A stretch of 64,000 bases of DNA, taken from positions 32,001 to 96,000 of IMG/VR virus record IMGVR_UViG_3300028008_000005; one strand, given 5' to 3'. Below, in pieces: positions 27,976-37,779 of the stretch (within the stretch, counting starts at the first letter, position 1; every line of letters begins with the position of its first letter). Origin of the DNA: a virus. Position numbers and translations under genes: made by a program. A model generated the notes under the pieces. That model was not told where the DNA came from and did not search any database. It saw nothing but the letters and a program-made list of their open reading frames with translations.

Positions 27976-28223
27976 TGAACCGCAATAAAATGATTGAAAT
28001 GCTACGTGATCAGGTGTGCGTAGTTAAGTTTACTAAGGTAAACGGGGAATCTCGCGAAATGGCATGCACTTTAAATGAGAATGCTATTCCAGATACAATG
28101 AAGCCTAAGGATTCATCTACAGCTTGGCCGGAAGAAGTTATTCGGGTCTTTGATGTAAACAAATCCGGTTGGCGTTCTTTTAAGGTTGATTCAGTTCAGA
28201 CGTTTGATTTTCTACTTCCATAA
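27975..28223 (+). CDS. WYL_2/Sm-like small protein
   Basis: VKFTKVNGESREMACTL...FDVNKSGWRSF. Confidence 0.7.
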   Translation: MNRNKMIEMLRDQVCVVKFTKVNGESREMACTLNENAIPDTMKPKDSSTAWPEEVIRVFDVNKSGWRSFKVDSVQTFDFLLP

Positions 28224-28286
28224 ATATGTTTACTTTTTTAGAAAAGTGTGATATAATGATTTTATTATTAACAAAAGGAGGTTATT

Positions 28287-29420
28287 ATGGCAATAGGTAG
28301 AAAGCAATTAAAGAAGACAGTCAGGGTAAGACCTAAGACTGGAATCCATGCTGCTGAGACCATTGTTGATTTCTATAAGCTTAAGTGGTACTTCCACTAT
28401 GAAATAGAAGTAAAAGAAATATCTTCTGTTGTTAAGCCCTGGATCAAAGAAACCTTTTCTAAAGAAGAAGCAAAGGCTATTCTAGCTAATCCCGAATATC
28501 ACTTTACGATGTATCCACACTTTGCATCGTGTATATTTTGGGCTAAGAAGAATATGCCTTATCCTGAACCATATGCTAATTGGTTTAATATTGTTAAGGA
28601 TTACTATACCAGCATTATTGAAATCGGTCAATCTATTGTTAAGGAAAAAGCTGAGAACAAAGATAATGCTGGAACAAACGTAGTAACACTCAGTCCTCAG
28701 CAAAGACTAATCAATAAGATTAACGATACAGTTATGCAGGATATTCTTGATCTTGAAGATAAGTGGATAGATGGTGACAATAAAGCTACTATCGATCTCT
28801 ATACCCAGTTTAAGGTACACGGCCTATCTGGCTCTGCTGCTGATCACGTTCGTAAGGTCCTTAGTGTATGGTTGGATGAGTACACAGAAGCTTATAGCGG
28901 AACGTGTGAGCAGCTTAGCGAGGCGTATTCACATGTCTCTAAGCCTAATCTTAAGCAAAGGATTAAGACCTGCGAAGCTATGCTATCTGATCTTGATAAG
29001 ATTAAGAGTGCAGCTAAGGCAGTTCGTAAGACTCGTATTAAGAAACCTAGAGCTGCTGATAAGCAAGTAAGTAAGTTAAACTACTGCAAAGAGAATAATG
29101 AATTTAAAATTGTTTCAATATTCCCTATACAGATTGTTGGCTCTATGAGGTTATATGTATTTAATGTTAAAACCAGAGAGTTAACTGAATTCATAAGTGA
29201 ATCGGTTAATGGCTTTGAAGTGAAAGGGACTTCATTGCAAAACTTCGCGGGAGGATCACGTAAGGTTAGATTACGTAAACCAGACGAGTTCCTATCAATT
29301 GTACAGTCTAAAACACCGAGGCAAATTGATAACGAATGGCAAAAATTAACTACAAAGACAAGCGAACCCAACGGGCGAATCAACAAGGACTGTGTCTTGT
29401 TACGTGTATCGGACTCTTAG
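28287..29420 (+). CDS. conserved T4-like hypothetical protein
   Basis: GGAGG RBS; promoter TTTACT-N17-TATAAT at 28229-28257; C-terminal LRKP...NGRIN. Confidence 0.7.
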   Translation: MAIGRKQLKKTVRVRPKTGIHAAETIVDFYKLKWYFHYEIEVKEISSVVKPWIKETFSKEEAKAILANPEYHFTMYPHFASCIFWAKKNMPYPEPYANWFNIVKDYYTSIIEIGQSIVKEKAENKDNAGTNVVTLSPQQRLINKINDTVMQDILDLEDKWIDGDNKATIDLYTQFKVHGLSGSAADHVRKVLSVWLDEYTEAYSGTCEQLSEAYSHVSKPNLKQRIKTCEAMLSDLDKIKSAAKAVRKTRIKKPRAADKQVSKLNYCKENNEFKIVSIFPIQIVGSMRLYVFNVKTRELTEFISESVNGFEVKGTSLQNFAGGSRKVRLRKPDEFLSIVQSKTPRQIDNEWQKLTTKTSEPNGRINKDCVLLRVSDS

Positions 29421-29950
29421 CAGTTGTAGCTCGATGGGATTATTCAACCCCTGTAAAAGCTGAGCCAATTGTAATTCCTGAGGTAGTAGAAAAACACACA
29501 CCTTATGAAACTGTCTATGCTACTGATATATTCGTAGAGAAAGACTTTGAATGCTTAGTTTTAAATAGCTATTATGAAGCTAGGAATCAGAACGAAGATG
29601 CTATTATGGCAGTTGCCATGGTTACTTTAAATAGAACCCAAGATAGTCGTTATCCTTCTACAATATGCGAGGTTATTAAGCAAACTAAGTATGATAGACT
29701 GGGTAGGATACTGCTTAACCAATGCCAGTTCTCTTGGTATTGCGACGGTAAGTCCGATAGACCCAAAGATAGAAAGGCATATAAGTATGTACAGTATATA
29801 ACAGAGAAAGCTATTGTTCTCTGGTATACTAATCAGGACATTACAAAAGGTGCAACACACTATCATGCACGCTATGTAAAACCTGATTGGGCATCATCAC
29901 TCGCTTACATTGATGATATAGGCGATCATAGATTTTATAAATGGAACTAA
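29336..29950 (+). CDS. SleB-like cell wall hydrolase (Hydrolase_2); start uncertain
   Basis: CLVLNSYYEAR, VTLNR, CQFSWYCDGK, GATHYHA, HRFY. Confidence 0.85.
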   Translation: MAKINYKDKRTQRANQQGLCLVTCIGLLAVVARWDYSTPVKAEPIVIPEVVEKHTPYETVYATDIFVEKDFECLVLNSYYEARNQNEDAIMAVAMVTLNRTQDSRYPSTICEVIKQTKYDRLGRILLNQCQFSWYCDGKSDRPKDRKAYKYVQYITEKAIVLWYTNQDITKGATHYHARYVKPDWASSLAYIDDIGDHRFYKWN

Positions 29951-29968
29951 TGACTGAGGAGTATAGCT

Positions 29969-30148
29969 ATGCCAACGAAGTTTAAACCGTCTACATATAA
30001 GAGGGTTGGGGGTGTTAAAGTAGGATCTCATACCTACATGTCCGGGGTATCTGTTAAAGCCCTGCAAGACGTATTAGAGTCTAATTCAGCAAAGCCTAAG
30101 ATGAAGAATAAGGTTCGAAAAGAGCTTGTCCGACGAGGCGTTGTATGA
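29969..30148 (+). CDS. small basic protein (59 aa)
   Basis: GAGGAG RBS; MPTKFKPS...ELVRRGVV. Confidence 0.55.
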   Translation: MPTKFKPSTYKRVGGVKVGSHTYMSGVSVKALQDVLESNSAKPKMKNKVRKELVRRGVV

Positions 30149-30387
30149 TAGAACCTAAAATCTTAACTAAGAAAAGGTTTTCAGAGGAAGTAGAAAACAG
30201 GATGGCAAAAGGCTTAGAGAGTAGCTACATTGACGCCTGTGTTCAAGTCTGTGAGAACCACCAATTCCCTCCAGAAGAAGCTGGTCGGCTTATCTCTCCC
30301 TCTTTATACTCTAAGATTGAGGCAGAAGCTGCTAGGGTAAATTTAGTAAAGGTTCCCTCTCATAATACAACCATGCTTCCTATATGA
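30145..30387 (+). CDS. 33: late transcription coactivator gp33
   Basis: SYIDAC...LISPSLYSKIEAEA; gene order 33-59-32. Confidence 0.8.
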   Translation: MIEPKILTKKRFSEEVENRMAKGLESSYIDACVQVCENHQFPPEEAGRLISPSLYSKIEAEAARVNLVKVPSHNTTMLPI

Positions 30388-30974
30388 GACAAATGGAACC
30401 TTTCCAAGCCTTCAGTCTATATCAAGCTATTAAGCTACACTTCGAAAGTGATAGCTACGATGCAGTAAAGTATAACTACAAAACGTCTGCTAAGCCACAG
30501 TCTTTCTGGAAAAGAAAGGATAAGTATTTCTTTGCTAAAGTTGGTAAAAGGTTTGAAACAGCAGAGCAGTTAAAGTTCTATTACATCTCCCACTTCATTA
30601 AAGACAATAAGTGGATAGGTGATATGATCTCAAACGAAGGTCCTTATGATGACTGGATTAGGATAAACGAAAGTCTTGGCTATATCTTTGAGCAAGACCT
30701 ATATAAACTATCAGAGGAGATAAGCTCGTTTGACGACTTGTTTAAGATTGATGTACATCCTAAGATTGTAGAAAAATACATGCAGGATGAGATATCATTA
30801 GAAACAGTTGTTATAATAAATAAATTAGTCGGCTTTATGAATAAGGCTGATAAAGAAATTACGGAAACTATCGTGTGGCCTGACATCTCACGAAAGATTC
30901 GTAAGTATACCCCTTTTGTTATGGCGAACCCTGAAAGAATGAAAAAAATTATTCTTAAGGTGTTTACATCATAG
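30384..30974 (+). CDS. 59: helicase loader gp59
   Basis: YQAIKLHF..YDAVKY, RKDKYFF, ISLET; gene order. Confidence 0.85.
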   Translation: MRQMEPFQAFSLYQAIKLHFESDSYDAVKYNYKTSAKPQSFWKRKDKYFFAKVGKRFETAEQLKFYYISHFIKDNKWIGDMISNEGPYDDWIRINESLGYIFEQDLYKLSEEISSFDDLFKIDVHPKIVEKYMQDEISLETVVIINKLVGFMNKADKEITETIVWPDISRKIRKYTPFVMANPERMKKIILKVFTS

Positions 30975-31056
30975 CAAAAGTATGGTATAATGTAGTCTAT
31001 ATTATGGGAAAGTGGATAATTCAGTAATACTAATACAAACTATATGGAGTAATAAT

Positions 31057-31968
31057 ATGTCATTCGCAGACCTCAAGCGTAACCGTTCATCAGCAATCTC
31101 AGCTCTTACTGCAGCAGCAGAATCAGCTGGATCTGGTCAACAACAAACTAAAAGCTATGTAGACGATCGATTCTGGAAGCCAACATCTGATAAAGCAGGT
31201 AATGGTTATGCAGTAATTCGATTCTTACCTGCCCCATCCGGTGAAGAACTCCCTTGGGTTCGTTACTGGGATCACGGCTTCCAAGGTCCTGGTGGTCTTT
31301 GGTACATCGAAAGCTCACTCACCTCGATCGGACAACAAGATCCAGTATCTGAAATGAATACTGTACTTTGGAATACCGGCAGGGATGAGGATAAGCAGAT
31401 CGCTCGCGATCGTAAGCGTCGTCTACATTATGTAGCGAATATTCAAGTTATCTCAGATCCTTCTAAGCCAGAAAACGAAGGTAAAGTATTCCTTTACAAG
31501 TTTGGCAAAAAGATCTTTGATAAAGTTATGGATGTTATGCAACCTCAGTTTGCAGACGAGCAACCAGTTAATCCTTTTGATTTCTGGGAAGGTGCAAACT
31601 TTAAGATTAAGATTCGTAAGGTAGATGGTTGGGTTAACTATGACAAGTCAGAATTTGATGGCATGTCAGCAATCTCTCAAGATGAAACTGAAATCGAAGC
31701 AATCTATAATAAGCTATATAGTCTACAGGATTTTATGGATCCTAAGAACTATAAGACCTATGAAGAACTTAAGCAACGCCTAAACAAAGTATTGGGTGAA
31801 GCACAAGTTATGACTACTGCAGAATCTATCTCATTGGACGAATCTTCTGATTCAATCCCATGGTCAGCAGAACCGGCTCCAGTTCCAGCTCCGGTTCAGG
31901 CTTCTGTTGATAATGATGACACAGAGGATACATTAAGTTACTTTCAGAAGTTAGCAACGCAAGGGTAA
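31057..31968 (+). CDS. 32: single-stranded DNA-binding protein gp32
   Basis: DDRFWKP, GYAVIRFLP, YKFGKKIF, NYDKSEF, acidic tail; promoter at 30963-30991; GGAG RBS. Confidence 0.95.
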   Translation: MSFADLKRNRSSAISALTAAAESAGSGQQQTKSYVDDRFWKPTSDKAGNGYAVIRFLPAPSGEELPWVRYWDHGFQGPGGLWYIESSLTSIGQQDPVSEMNTVLWNTGRDEDKQIARDRKRRLHYVANIQVISDPSKPENEGKVFLYKFGKKIFDKVMDVMQPQFADEQPVNPFDFWEGANFKIKIRKVDGWVNYDKSEFDGMSAISQDETEIEAIYNKLYSLQDFMDPKNYKTYEELKQRLNKVLGEAQVMTTAESISLDESSDSIPWSAEPAPVPAPVQASVDNDDTEDTLSYFQKLATQG

Positions 31969-31984
31969 GAACTTAGCGTTTTTT

Positions 31985-32008
31985 GGGAGACTTCGGTCTC
32001 CCTTTTTT
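31985..32008 (+). terminator. intrinsic terminator with CUUCGG loop (T-tract on the + strand)
   Basis: GGGAGAC-TTCG-GTCTCCC-TTTTTT between convergent genes. Confidence 0.9.
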
Positions 32009-32016
32009 ATGTGTGG

Positions 32017-33960
32017 CTAGAAGGGGTTTATAAAGTCCAGACGTTGAAGGTCGTCAGCTGATATACCCTGTGATATATTATTAGTTATAGCTGTAGCTGA
32101 ATTAATGTTGCCACCTGATCTACCACCACCTCCACCGCTTGAAGCTTGAATAATAGTCATATTAGTTTGTGCAGCTGCTTGCGCTTTATTGTCCATCATA
32201 GTATTAGTAGATGAGAGTACTGCTCCAGGTGTCGTAGCGGGCTCTATACGAGGTGCTAGAGGGGTAGGTTCACTGCCTTGTATAAGATTATTAGATTGGT
32301 CTTCATCAGATCCTCTGATCATTGACCTCGTTCTGGTCTCTATAGTAGCTATAGCATCTTTCTTTTGTTCTACTAGCTTATTGTATTCTTCGGCTTCATC
32401 TCCAAAGAATCCTGCATTATCTTTTGCTTGAGCTCTTAGTTGTTCGTCGTTTGCGGTTGCAACGTTAAACTCAGGCTCTTCACCACCCAACCAGGACGGC
32501 AGTATAGATTTAAGTTTAGCACTGATCTCGTCGAGAGACGGGAGGAAGTCAAACAGTTCTGAAAAGAAGTTTATAACATTATCAACTACACCGCCAATCA
32601 TTTCGCGTAGGGAGAAACTTTCTTCTGGTGTCTCAAAGGCAAACATACCCATGATCCAGTTAATAGCCATATCAACAGGAGCAAAGAGTATATCAAATAA
32701 GCCACCTTCACCTACTAGTCCTTCCCATAGGGCTTGCATTGTTTCAGCAATATCAAAGTTAGAGAATACTCCCTTTACCCAATCAACTGCTGAACCTACA
32801 ATTCCGAATATACTATCAAACATTGAGGTAAACAATTCAGAGAATGAAAATGATTCTAGCATCTCTGCAGCGTTTTCAAATCCTAGCTTACCCAATACCC
32901 AGGATACTATATTTTTAATAAAATCGAGGGGAACAGCAACAAGATTATCAAATAGGTTTGTTATCGCCCCTTGGATACCACCTATTAAACCACCTTCTTT
33001 AAATCCTTCGATAAAGCCAGTAATAGCAGAAAATGCACCCAAAGCAATTGTAAAGGGCAGAAAGATTTTTCCAAAGATTTTTCCGACCTTACCCAAGGTT
33101 TGACCAAAAGATCTAGCCATTTTTAGTAAAGAAGAAAATCCTCGTATAATAGATCCGCCAAATATAGCAAAGAATCCTGCTAAGGCAATACCTATACCTT
33201 TAATATTTTCTCCTATAAGGACTTTTGCTGTTTCCCAATCGCCACCAATAATAGCTTGGATGGTCTTGTACATACCATCAAAGAAGTTAATAACAGAATC
33301 AATTATCTTATATAATGTTTCCGGAGAGAATAGCATTAGGCCAATAGCACCAAGAGCGCCAATTAGTCCTGCACCTTTCTTAAAGTTATCTGAGAACTTA
33401 TCAAACTTATCCCCTACATTATCAAGACCGTTAGACATTTGAAGCAGGCGAGAGTTACCTTCTTCTGATAGTCTTCGATTCTCGCGAATAGTCTCTTCGT
33501 CGTCTGCAGATGATTTAATTGTTTCTATCTGCTTAAGCAATAGATCCTTTTCCTCAGAGCTTATATCAGGATTCTCTAAACGCTCTGATGTTTCTTCAAA
33601 CGACTTCAGTAATGCCTTAGAGTTATCAGTAGATGATAATAGCCCATTTAAAGACTCAAGCTTATTACCAAGCTGCGCAACAGTCTTATTTGCTAAAGTA
33701 TCTTTCTTTTCTACTTTCATGTCTTCCACAAGCTTTGGAAGGCCAGTAAGATTAGCTAACTTATCACTTAGCATTTTCTTAGTACTATTTAATGCTTCTA
33801 GTTCTTTAGAGTGCACTCTAAGCTGATTAGTCAATTTCTTTTTGTTGTTTTTCCCCTCTGCAGACTCTCTGGCTTTTGAGATCCTACTTTGCTCATCTGT
33901 CGCAGCGGCAAGTTGATCTGTAACCTCTTTTAGTTGACTACTTAAACTATCTTCAGCCAT
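32017..33960 (-). CDS. tape-measure / baseplate hub gp29-like protein
   Basis: Coiled-coil N-terminus, amphipathic G/F-rich repeats, position after gp26/gp51. Confidence 0.6.
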   Translation of the reverse strand: MAEDSLSSQLKEVTDQLAAATDEQSRISKARESAEGKNNKKKLTNQLRVHSKELEALNSTKKMLSDKLANLTGLPKLVEDMKVEKKDTLANKTVAQLGNKLESLNGLLSSTDNSKALLKSFEETSERLENPDISSEEKDLLLKQIETIKSSADDEETIRENRRLSEEGNSRLLQMSNGLDNVGDKFDKFSDNFKKGAGLIGALGAIGLMLFSPETLYKIIDSVINFFDGMYKTIQAIIGGDWETAKVLIGENIKGIGIALAGFFAIFGGSIIRGFSSLLKMARSFGQTLGKVGKIFGKIFLPFTIALGAFSAITGFIEGFKEGGLIGGIQGAITNLFDNLVAVPLDFIKNIVSWVLGKLGFENAAEMLESFSFSELFTSMFDSIFGIVGSAVDWVKGVFSNFDIAETMQALWEGLVGEGGLFDILFAPVDMAINWIMGMFAFETPEESFSLREMIGGVVDNVINFFSELFDFLPSLDEISAKLKSILPSWLGGEEPEFNVATANDEQLRAQAKDNAGFFGDEAEEYNKLVEQKKDAIATIETRTRSMIRGSDEDQSNNLIQGSEPTPLAPRIEPATTPGAVLSSTNTMMDNKAQAAAQTNMTIIQASSGGGGGRSGGNINSATAITNNISQGISADDLQRLDFINPF

Positions 33961-33971
33961 TACCGTCTCTC

Positions 33972-34100
33972 TCATCGACTTTGTTGTTTTATTCTTTGGT
34001 TCTCATCTTCGATATACTGATGTAATAACATAATATAAATCTCTCTTTCCCAAGGTAGCATATCATCTAATTCTGTTAATGAGTACTTGTGGTGCTGCAT
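33972..34100 (-). CDS. gp51-like baseplate hub assembly protein (frame open upstream to about 34165; see frameshift finding)
   Basis: MQHHKYSLTELDDMLPWEREIY...; not in ORF track. Confidence 0.75.
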   Translation of the reverse strand: MQHHKYSLTELDDMLPWEREIYIMLLHQYIEDENQRIKQQSR

Positions 34101-34150
34101 TAATGCAAAATTAGTCTTATAATGGTTCTCCAATGAATCATGAGAAAGAC

Positions 34151-34867
34151 TTACGAGAAAAAATTCTGTAAGCCCTCGATCTCAATATCATTCTTTACTT
34201 TACAGCTTTGACACTGAAAAGATACTTTATGCTTAAGCTTAGGCATATCGTCAAAAAACGACGTAACCTTTTTAAACTGATCAGAAGTTAATGAATCAAT
34301 AAACTCCATTAGACTCTCATCCGTTTCATTTTCTGATGCATAAACGTTCTCAGCATCGTAGATAGATTCAATTGAAGAGATAACAGCTGACATTGCTGAG
34401 TCTGTATCATTGCTCTTCTGAAGCTGTCTATATAACCCTTTAACAGTCGGATACTTAACCATTAGACCAACTGTATCTGTTAGCTCAATCTTGGCAGATG
34501 GTTTAATATCTCCTTCAACCTCGACGTCGTTTAAATTTATTTCCACCTGACTTGTCTTAGAACAGTCTGAGCATTTAATACCGAGGGTAGATGTCTCTCC
34601 CACTGACTTAGACCGAAGCTTAAGGAAGATGTACTCTAGATCAAAGATAGTAAGGTTATCAACCTTTACTTTACCCTCTGTACAACCTGCGATTGTATCA
34701 CGAAGAGCTGATATCATTTGAGATTGGTCTTTTGTCTCAAACGCCATCATTAAGATCTTTTCTTCTTTAACTAAGTACGGCCGATATTCTACTACCTCCT
34801 TTGTACTCGGTACTTCTAAACTATATTTAGCTGCGACCAGCTTGGGTAATGCCATAATATTCTCCAA
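34151..34867 (-). CDS. baseplate hub assembly protein gp26-like
   Basis: MALPKL, YRPYLVKEEKIL, DLEYIFLKLRSKSVGE, two CxxC. Confidence 0.85.
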   Translation of the reverse strand: MENIMALPKLVAAKYSLEVPSTKEVVEYRPYLVKEEKILMMAFETKDQSQMISALRDTIAGCTEGKVKVDNLTIFDLEYIFLKLRSKSVGETSTLGIKCSDCSKTSQVEINLNDVEVEGDIKPSAKIELTDTVGLMVKYPTVKGLYRQLQKSNDTDSAMSAVISSIESIYDAENVYASENETDESLMEFIDSLTSDQFKKVTSFFDDMPKLKHKVSFQCQSCKVKNDIEIEGLQNFFS

Positions 34868-34894
34868 TAATTATATAACTTACACGTCTAACGA

Positions 34895-35812
34895 TTAACC
34901 AGATAAACCTTTAACGGCTGAAGATGTTCGAGAGATAACAGCTTGTGATGCAGTACTTGCTGCTTCATTAACCGTTCCTCCTAGACCAGCACCGAATATA
35001 TTTGTAACCTTTCCAGATATTTGTGAGATAACAGATCCAAGTGATCCTTCATATGGTATTGTTATAGATGCGGAATTACCAAGTATCTTATCTCGAATTT
35101 GTGATGTAATAGAGTTAAGAGCAGTTGTCATCTCTCCAGCTAATTCTGATTTTAAACCTGCTAGAAGTGTTTCAGCCTGATCTCCCAAATCCCCAAAAGG
35201 GAAGAAGGGGAGTGAAGGCATAAGTGGGTTAGGGAATGACAATGAGTTCTTAAACTCTGCTAATGATGATGCCAAAGTGAAGTATGTAGTGTTACTTTTA
35301 AAGTTATCATAGGTCATTGTAACAGTAAATTTCATGACCTGGCTTTCAGCGGTATTAGATAGCTCCATAGCACTAAATGAAATAGGGAATGCTTTTTCTA
35401 GATTTACCCTATGTACCATTTTGCCATCAAGAGATAGCATTGTTATAGTCATATCAGAGGCATACTGCGATTTATAGTATATCTTACCGTCTTCGTCGTT
35501 TATAACGTGCTTCATCCACTTCTCAAATAGATTCTTAATATAGAAATCATTTGTAACTAAGAAGGTAAGAGTTACATCGTCGTTTATAAACGTATAAGGT
35601 GTTTTAGTAGAATGCTTAGTGGTTACATGTTCGTTAGTAGATATAGAGCGACCAGGTAATGATGCAGACTCGCATATAGCGTTAACAAGAAACATATCTG
35701 GATTAATAGAAGCTGGACCATTAAACGTAATAGCAAAAAGATTAGGACGGGCTAATCCGCCACGCTCTGATATTCTTGAAGATAAATCCTGGACTGGAGA
35801 ATCAAAAATCAT
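34895..35812 (-). CDS. tail tube-like protein (gp54/gp19 family) with C-terminal extension
   Basis: GLARPNLF, CESASLPG, AFPIS, FTVTMTY. Confidence 0.7.
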   Translation of the reverse strand: MIFDSPVQDLSSRISERGGLARPNLFAITFNGPASINPDMFLVNAICESASLPGRSISTNEHVTTKHSTKTPYTFINDDVTLTFLVTNDFYIKNLFEKWMKHVINDEDGKIYYKSQYASDMTITMLSLDGKMVHRVNLEKAFPISFSAMELSNTAESQVMKFTVTMTYDNFKSNTTYFTLASSLAEFKNSLSFPNPLMPSLPFFPFGDLGDQAETLLAGLKSELAGEMTTALNSITSQIRDKILGNSASITIPYEGSLGSVISQISGKVTNIFGAGLGGTVNEAASTASQAVISRTSSAVKGLSG

Positions 35813-35814
35813 TG

Positions 35815-36402
35815 TTATACCTTTTGTCTTGAGTCTTTCCAGACTGTTCTCTTGCCTGATTTACGGAATTGCTCTGTTGGTAAGAACACTGCTATTTCCC
35901 ATTCTGTTGCCTGTACCATAGCAGCTTGTCCTTCTACATGCTTATATAGATATCTTTTAAAACAAGGAGCAAACCATTTTAATTTAGATACACTTTTTAA
36001 TAGATTGTAGTTTAGTTTAAAACGTGTTGACTCGTCGTATCTCTTATTGTTTGTTATATCCATAAGACCATCGAGCATCTTAGCGCGAAGCGGCGGTGGG
36101 AGATAATGTAGGTTTAAGCCATAGAATCCACCAGGTGCTGCTTCTACCATAACAACTAAAGGAAATGCGTCATAGTACGGTAAGGTCTCTCGATTCTTAG
36201 GATCATAGAAATACATGTACATTGATCCAGAGCGTAAACGTTTTCGTTCTATTACATTCGGATCTTTTAAAAGACCACGACGGCTTACACCTTGCATTGT
36301 TTTAAGCTTATCCTGGAACCAAGCACGAGAACTATCTGTACGTGGAGTTATTCCAGCTTTAAAAGCTTGCGCTTGATACTTGTCGAATAGAGAATCTGCC
36401 AT
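35815..36402 (-). CDS. 2: DNA end protector gp2
   Basis: YDPKNRETLPYYDAFPL, GLNLHYL, CFKRYL. Confidence 0.9.
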   Translation of the reverse strand: MADSLFDKYQAQAFKAGITPRTDSSRAWFQDKLKTMQGVSRRGLLKDPNVIERKRLRSGSMYMYFYDPKNRETLPYYDAFPLVVMVEAAPGGFYGLNLHYLPPPLRAKMLDGLMDITNNKRYDESTRFKLNYNLLKSVSKLKWFAPCFKRYLYKHVEGQAAMVQATEWEIAVFLPTEQFRKSGKRTVWKDSRQKV

Positions 36403-36483
36403 AGTACTATTTATGCTATTTTGTTTACATTCCTATGAATATATGATATAATAAGAGAGTCTTCTCTGAGGAGGGATGATATA

Positions 36484-36936
36484 CTACCCAGTCAAGAGTC
36501 TTATTCCTAATGATTTTAAGGTGTCTTCTGTCCATATCTCAAAATGATATCCACGGTTAGATGCGTACTTCTCAGCAGCTTTCCATTTTGATTCATTCTT
36601 AATAAAGGTCATGACCTCTGAGATATATCTTTTAGTTTGTCTGGCAGGCTTCTTAGGAGGTGCGCATTGTGATTTAGGTTTAATCTCTACAAGGACTATT
36701 CTTCCATCAGAGAATTTTACTTTTAAATCAATAAAGTACCTATGAGGCTTATTGTCAGTCCTACAGATATAAGGAACAATTACTTCCTCAGAAGACCATC
36801 CGACAACTGCATCTTGGTCTTCACACCAGCGAAAAGCCTGGCGCTCCCATAAAGACCTATATGTTACTTTGGATGGATCACCCAGATACTTCTCGGGTTT
36901 CTTTAATTTATATTTGCCTTTATAAGTCTTTGCCAT
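36484..36936 (-). CDS. 4: head completion nuclease gp4
   Basis: YRSLWE, WSSEE, HRYFIDL, EIKP, KWKAA. Confidence 0.9.
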   Translation of the reverse strand: MAKTYKGKYKLKKPEKYLGDPSKVTYRSLWERQAFRWCEDQDAVVGWSSEEVIVPYICRTDNKPHRYFIDLKVKFSDGRIVLVEIKPKSQCAPPKKPARQTKRYISEVMTFIKNESKWKAAEKYASNRGYHFEIWTEDTLKSLGIRLLTG

Positions 36937-36985
36937 AACACCATAAATAGATAGAGTACTTCTAATTTATTTATAAGGTCACGAT

Positions 36986-37774
36986 ATGCCTCGCGAATAC
37001 ATATATCCATCTCATCTGGCCGGAGCCAACGTCCCTTTTATGAGAATAACCGCTAACCGCTATAAGTACGGTGGTGGAGGACAGCCTCGAGGCCACGTGA
37101 CTCTATATCAACCGCCAGGTGTTTCTTTTTCAGACGGTGCTGGTTTTGGGTCTATGGATATGGGACCAATTGGCAATCAGCTTATGGAAGGTGTTCAATC
37201 AGGTAGGTCTGGTGTAGAGATAGCAAAGCAAGCAAACCAACAGATCAATGGTGAAGGATCTAATTCTGATCTTCGATCCATGATGAGTTTAAAAATAGCA
37301 AAAGATTCTGGTCTAGGAAATTTAGTACCTGGAGCTGAGAACCTTTCTGATATGTATGGTATGTCTAAAGGTGTAGCTACTAACCCTAATACTGTTGTAG
37401 CATTTCAGAATATGACACTACGTTCGTTTAGCTTTAACTTCTCCCTTGTTGCAGAAGATCCATCTGAGTCAGATGAGATTCGTAAGATCCAGGAATTCTT
37501 TCGCTCTGAAATGTATCCAGAGGCCGGAGTAGGTTCTTACATTCTAACCTATCCCTCTACCTTCTCAATTAAGTTCTATACACAGAATGGTCAGGAGAAT
37601 CCATACTATCCTAGAATATTTGAGTGCAACCTAACTAATCTTCAGACTAATTTTAATGAAAGTGCCCATATGCATTTTGATGGAGGTGCACCTATATCGG
37701 TAGGCGTATCTCTTACTTTCCAAGAGACTCGTGTTCTTACTAAAAATGATATTGGTGCTGATGTGCCGGAGTAA
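36986..37774 (+). CDS. baseplate tail tube cap gp48-like
   Basis: NPNT..FQ...RSFSFNF, LTFQET; gene order. Confidence 0.75.
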   Translation: MPREYIYPSHLAGANVPFMRITANRYKYGGGGQPRGHVTLYQPPGVSFSDGAGFGSMDMGPIGNQLMEGVQSGRSGVEIAKQANQQINGEGSNSDLRSMMSLKIAKDSGLGNLVPGAENLSDMYGMSKGVATNPNTVVAFQNMTLRSFSFNFSLVAEDPSESDEIRKIQEFFRSEMYPEAGVGSYILTYPSTFSIKFYTQNGQENPYYPRIFECNLTNLQTNFNESAHMHFDGGAPISVGVSLTFQETRVLTKNDIGADVPE

Positions 37775-37779
37775 GCTTA

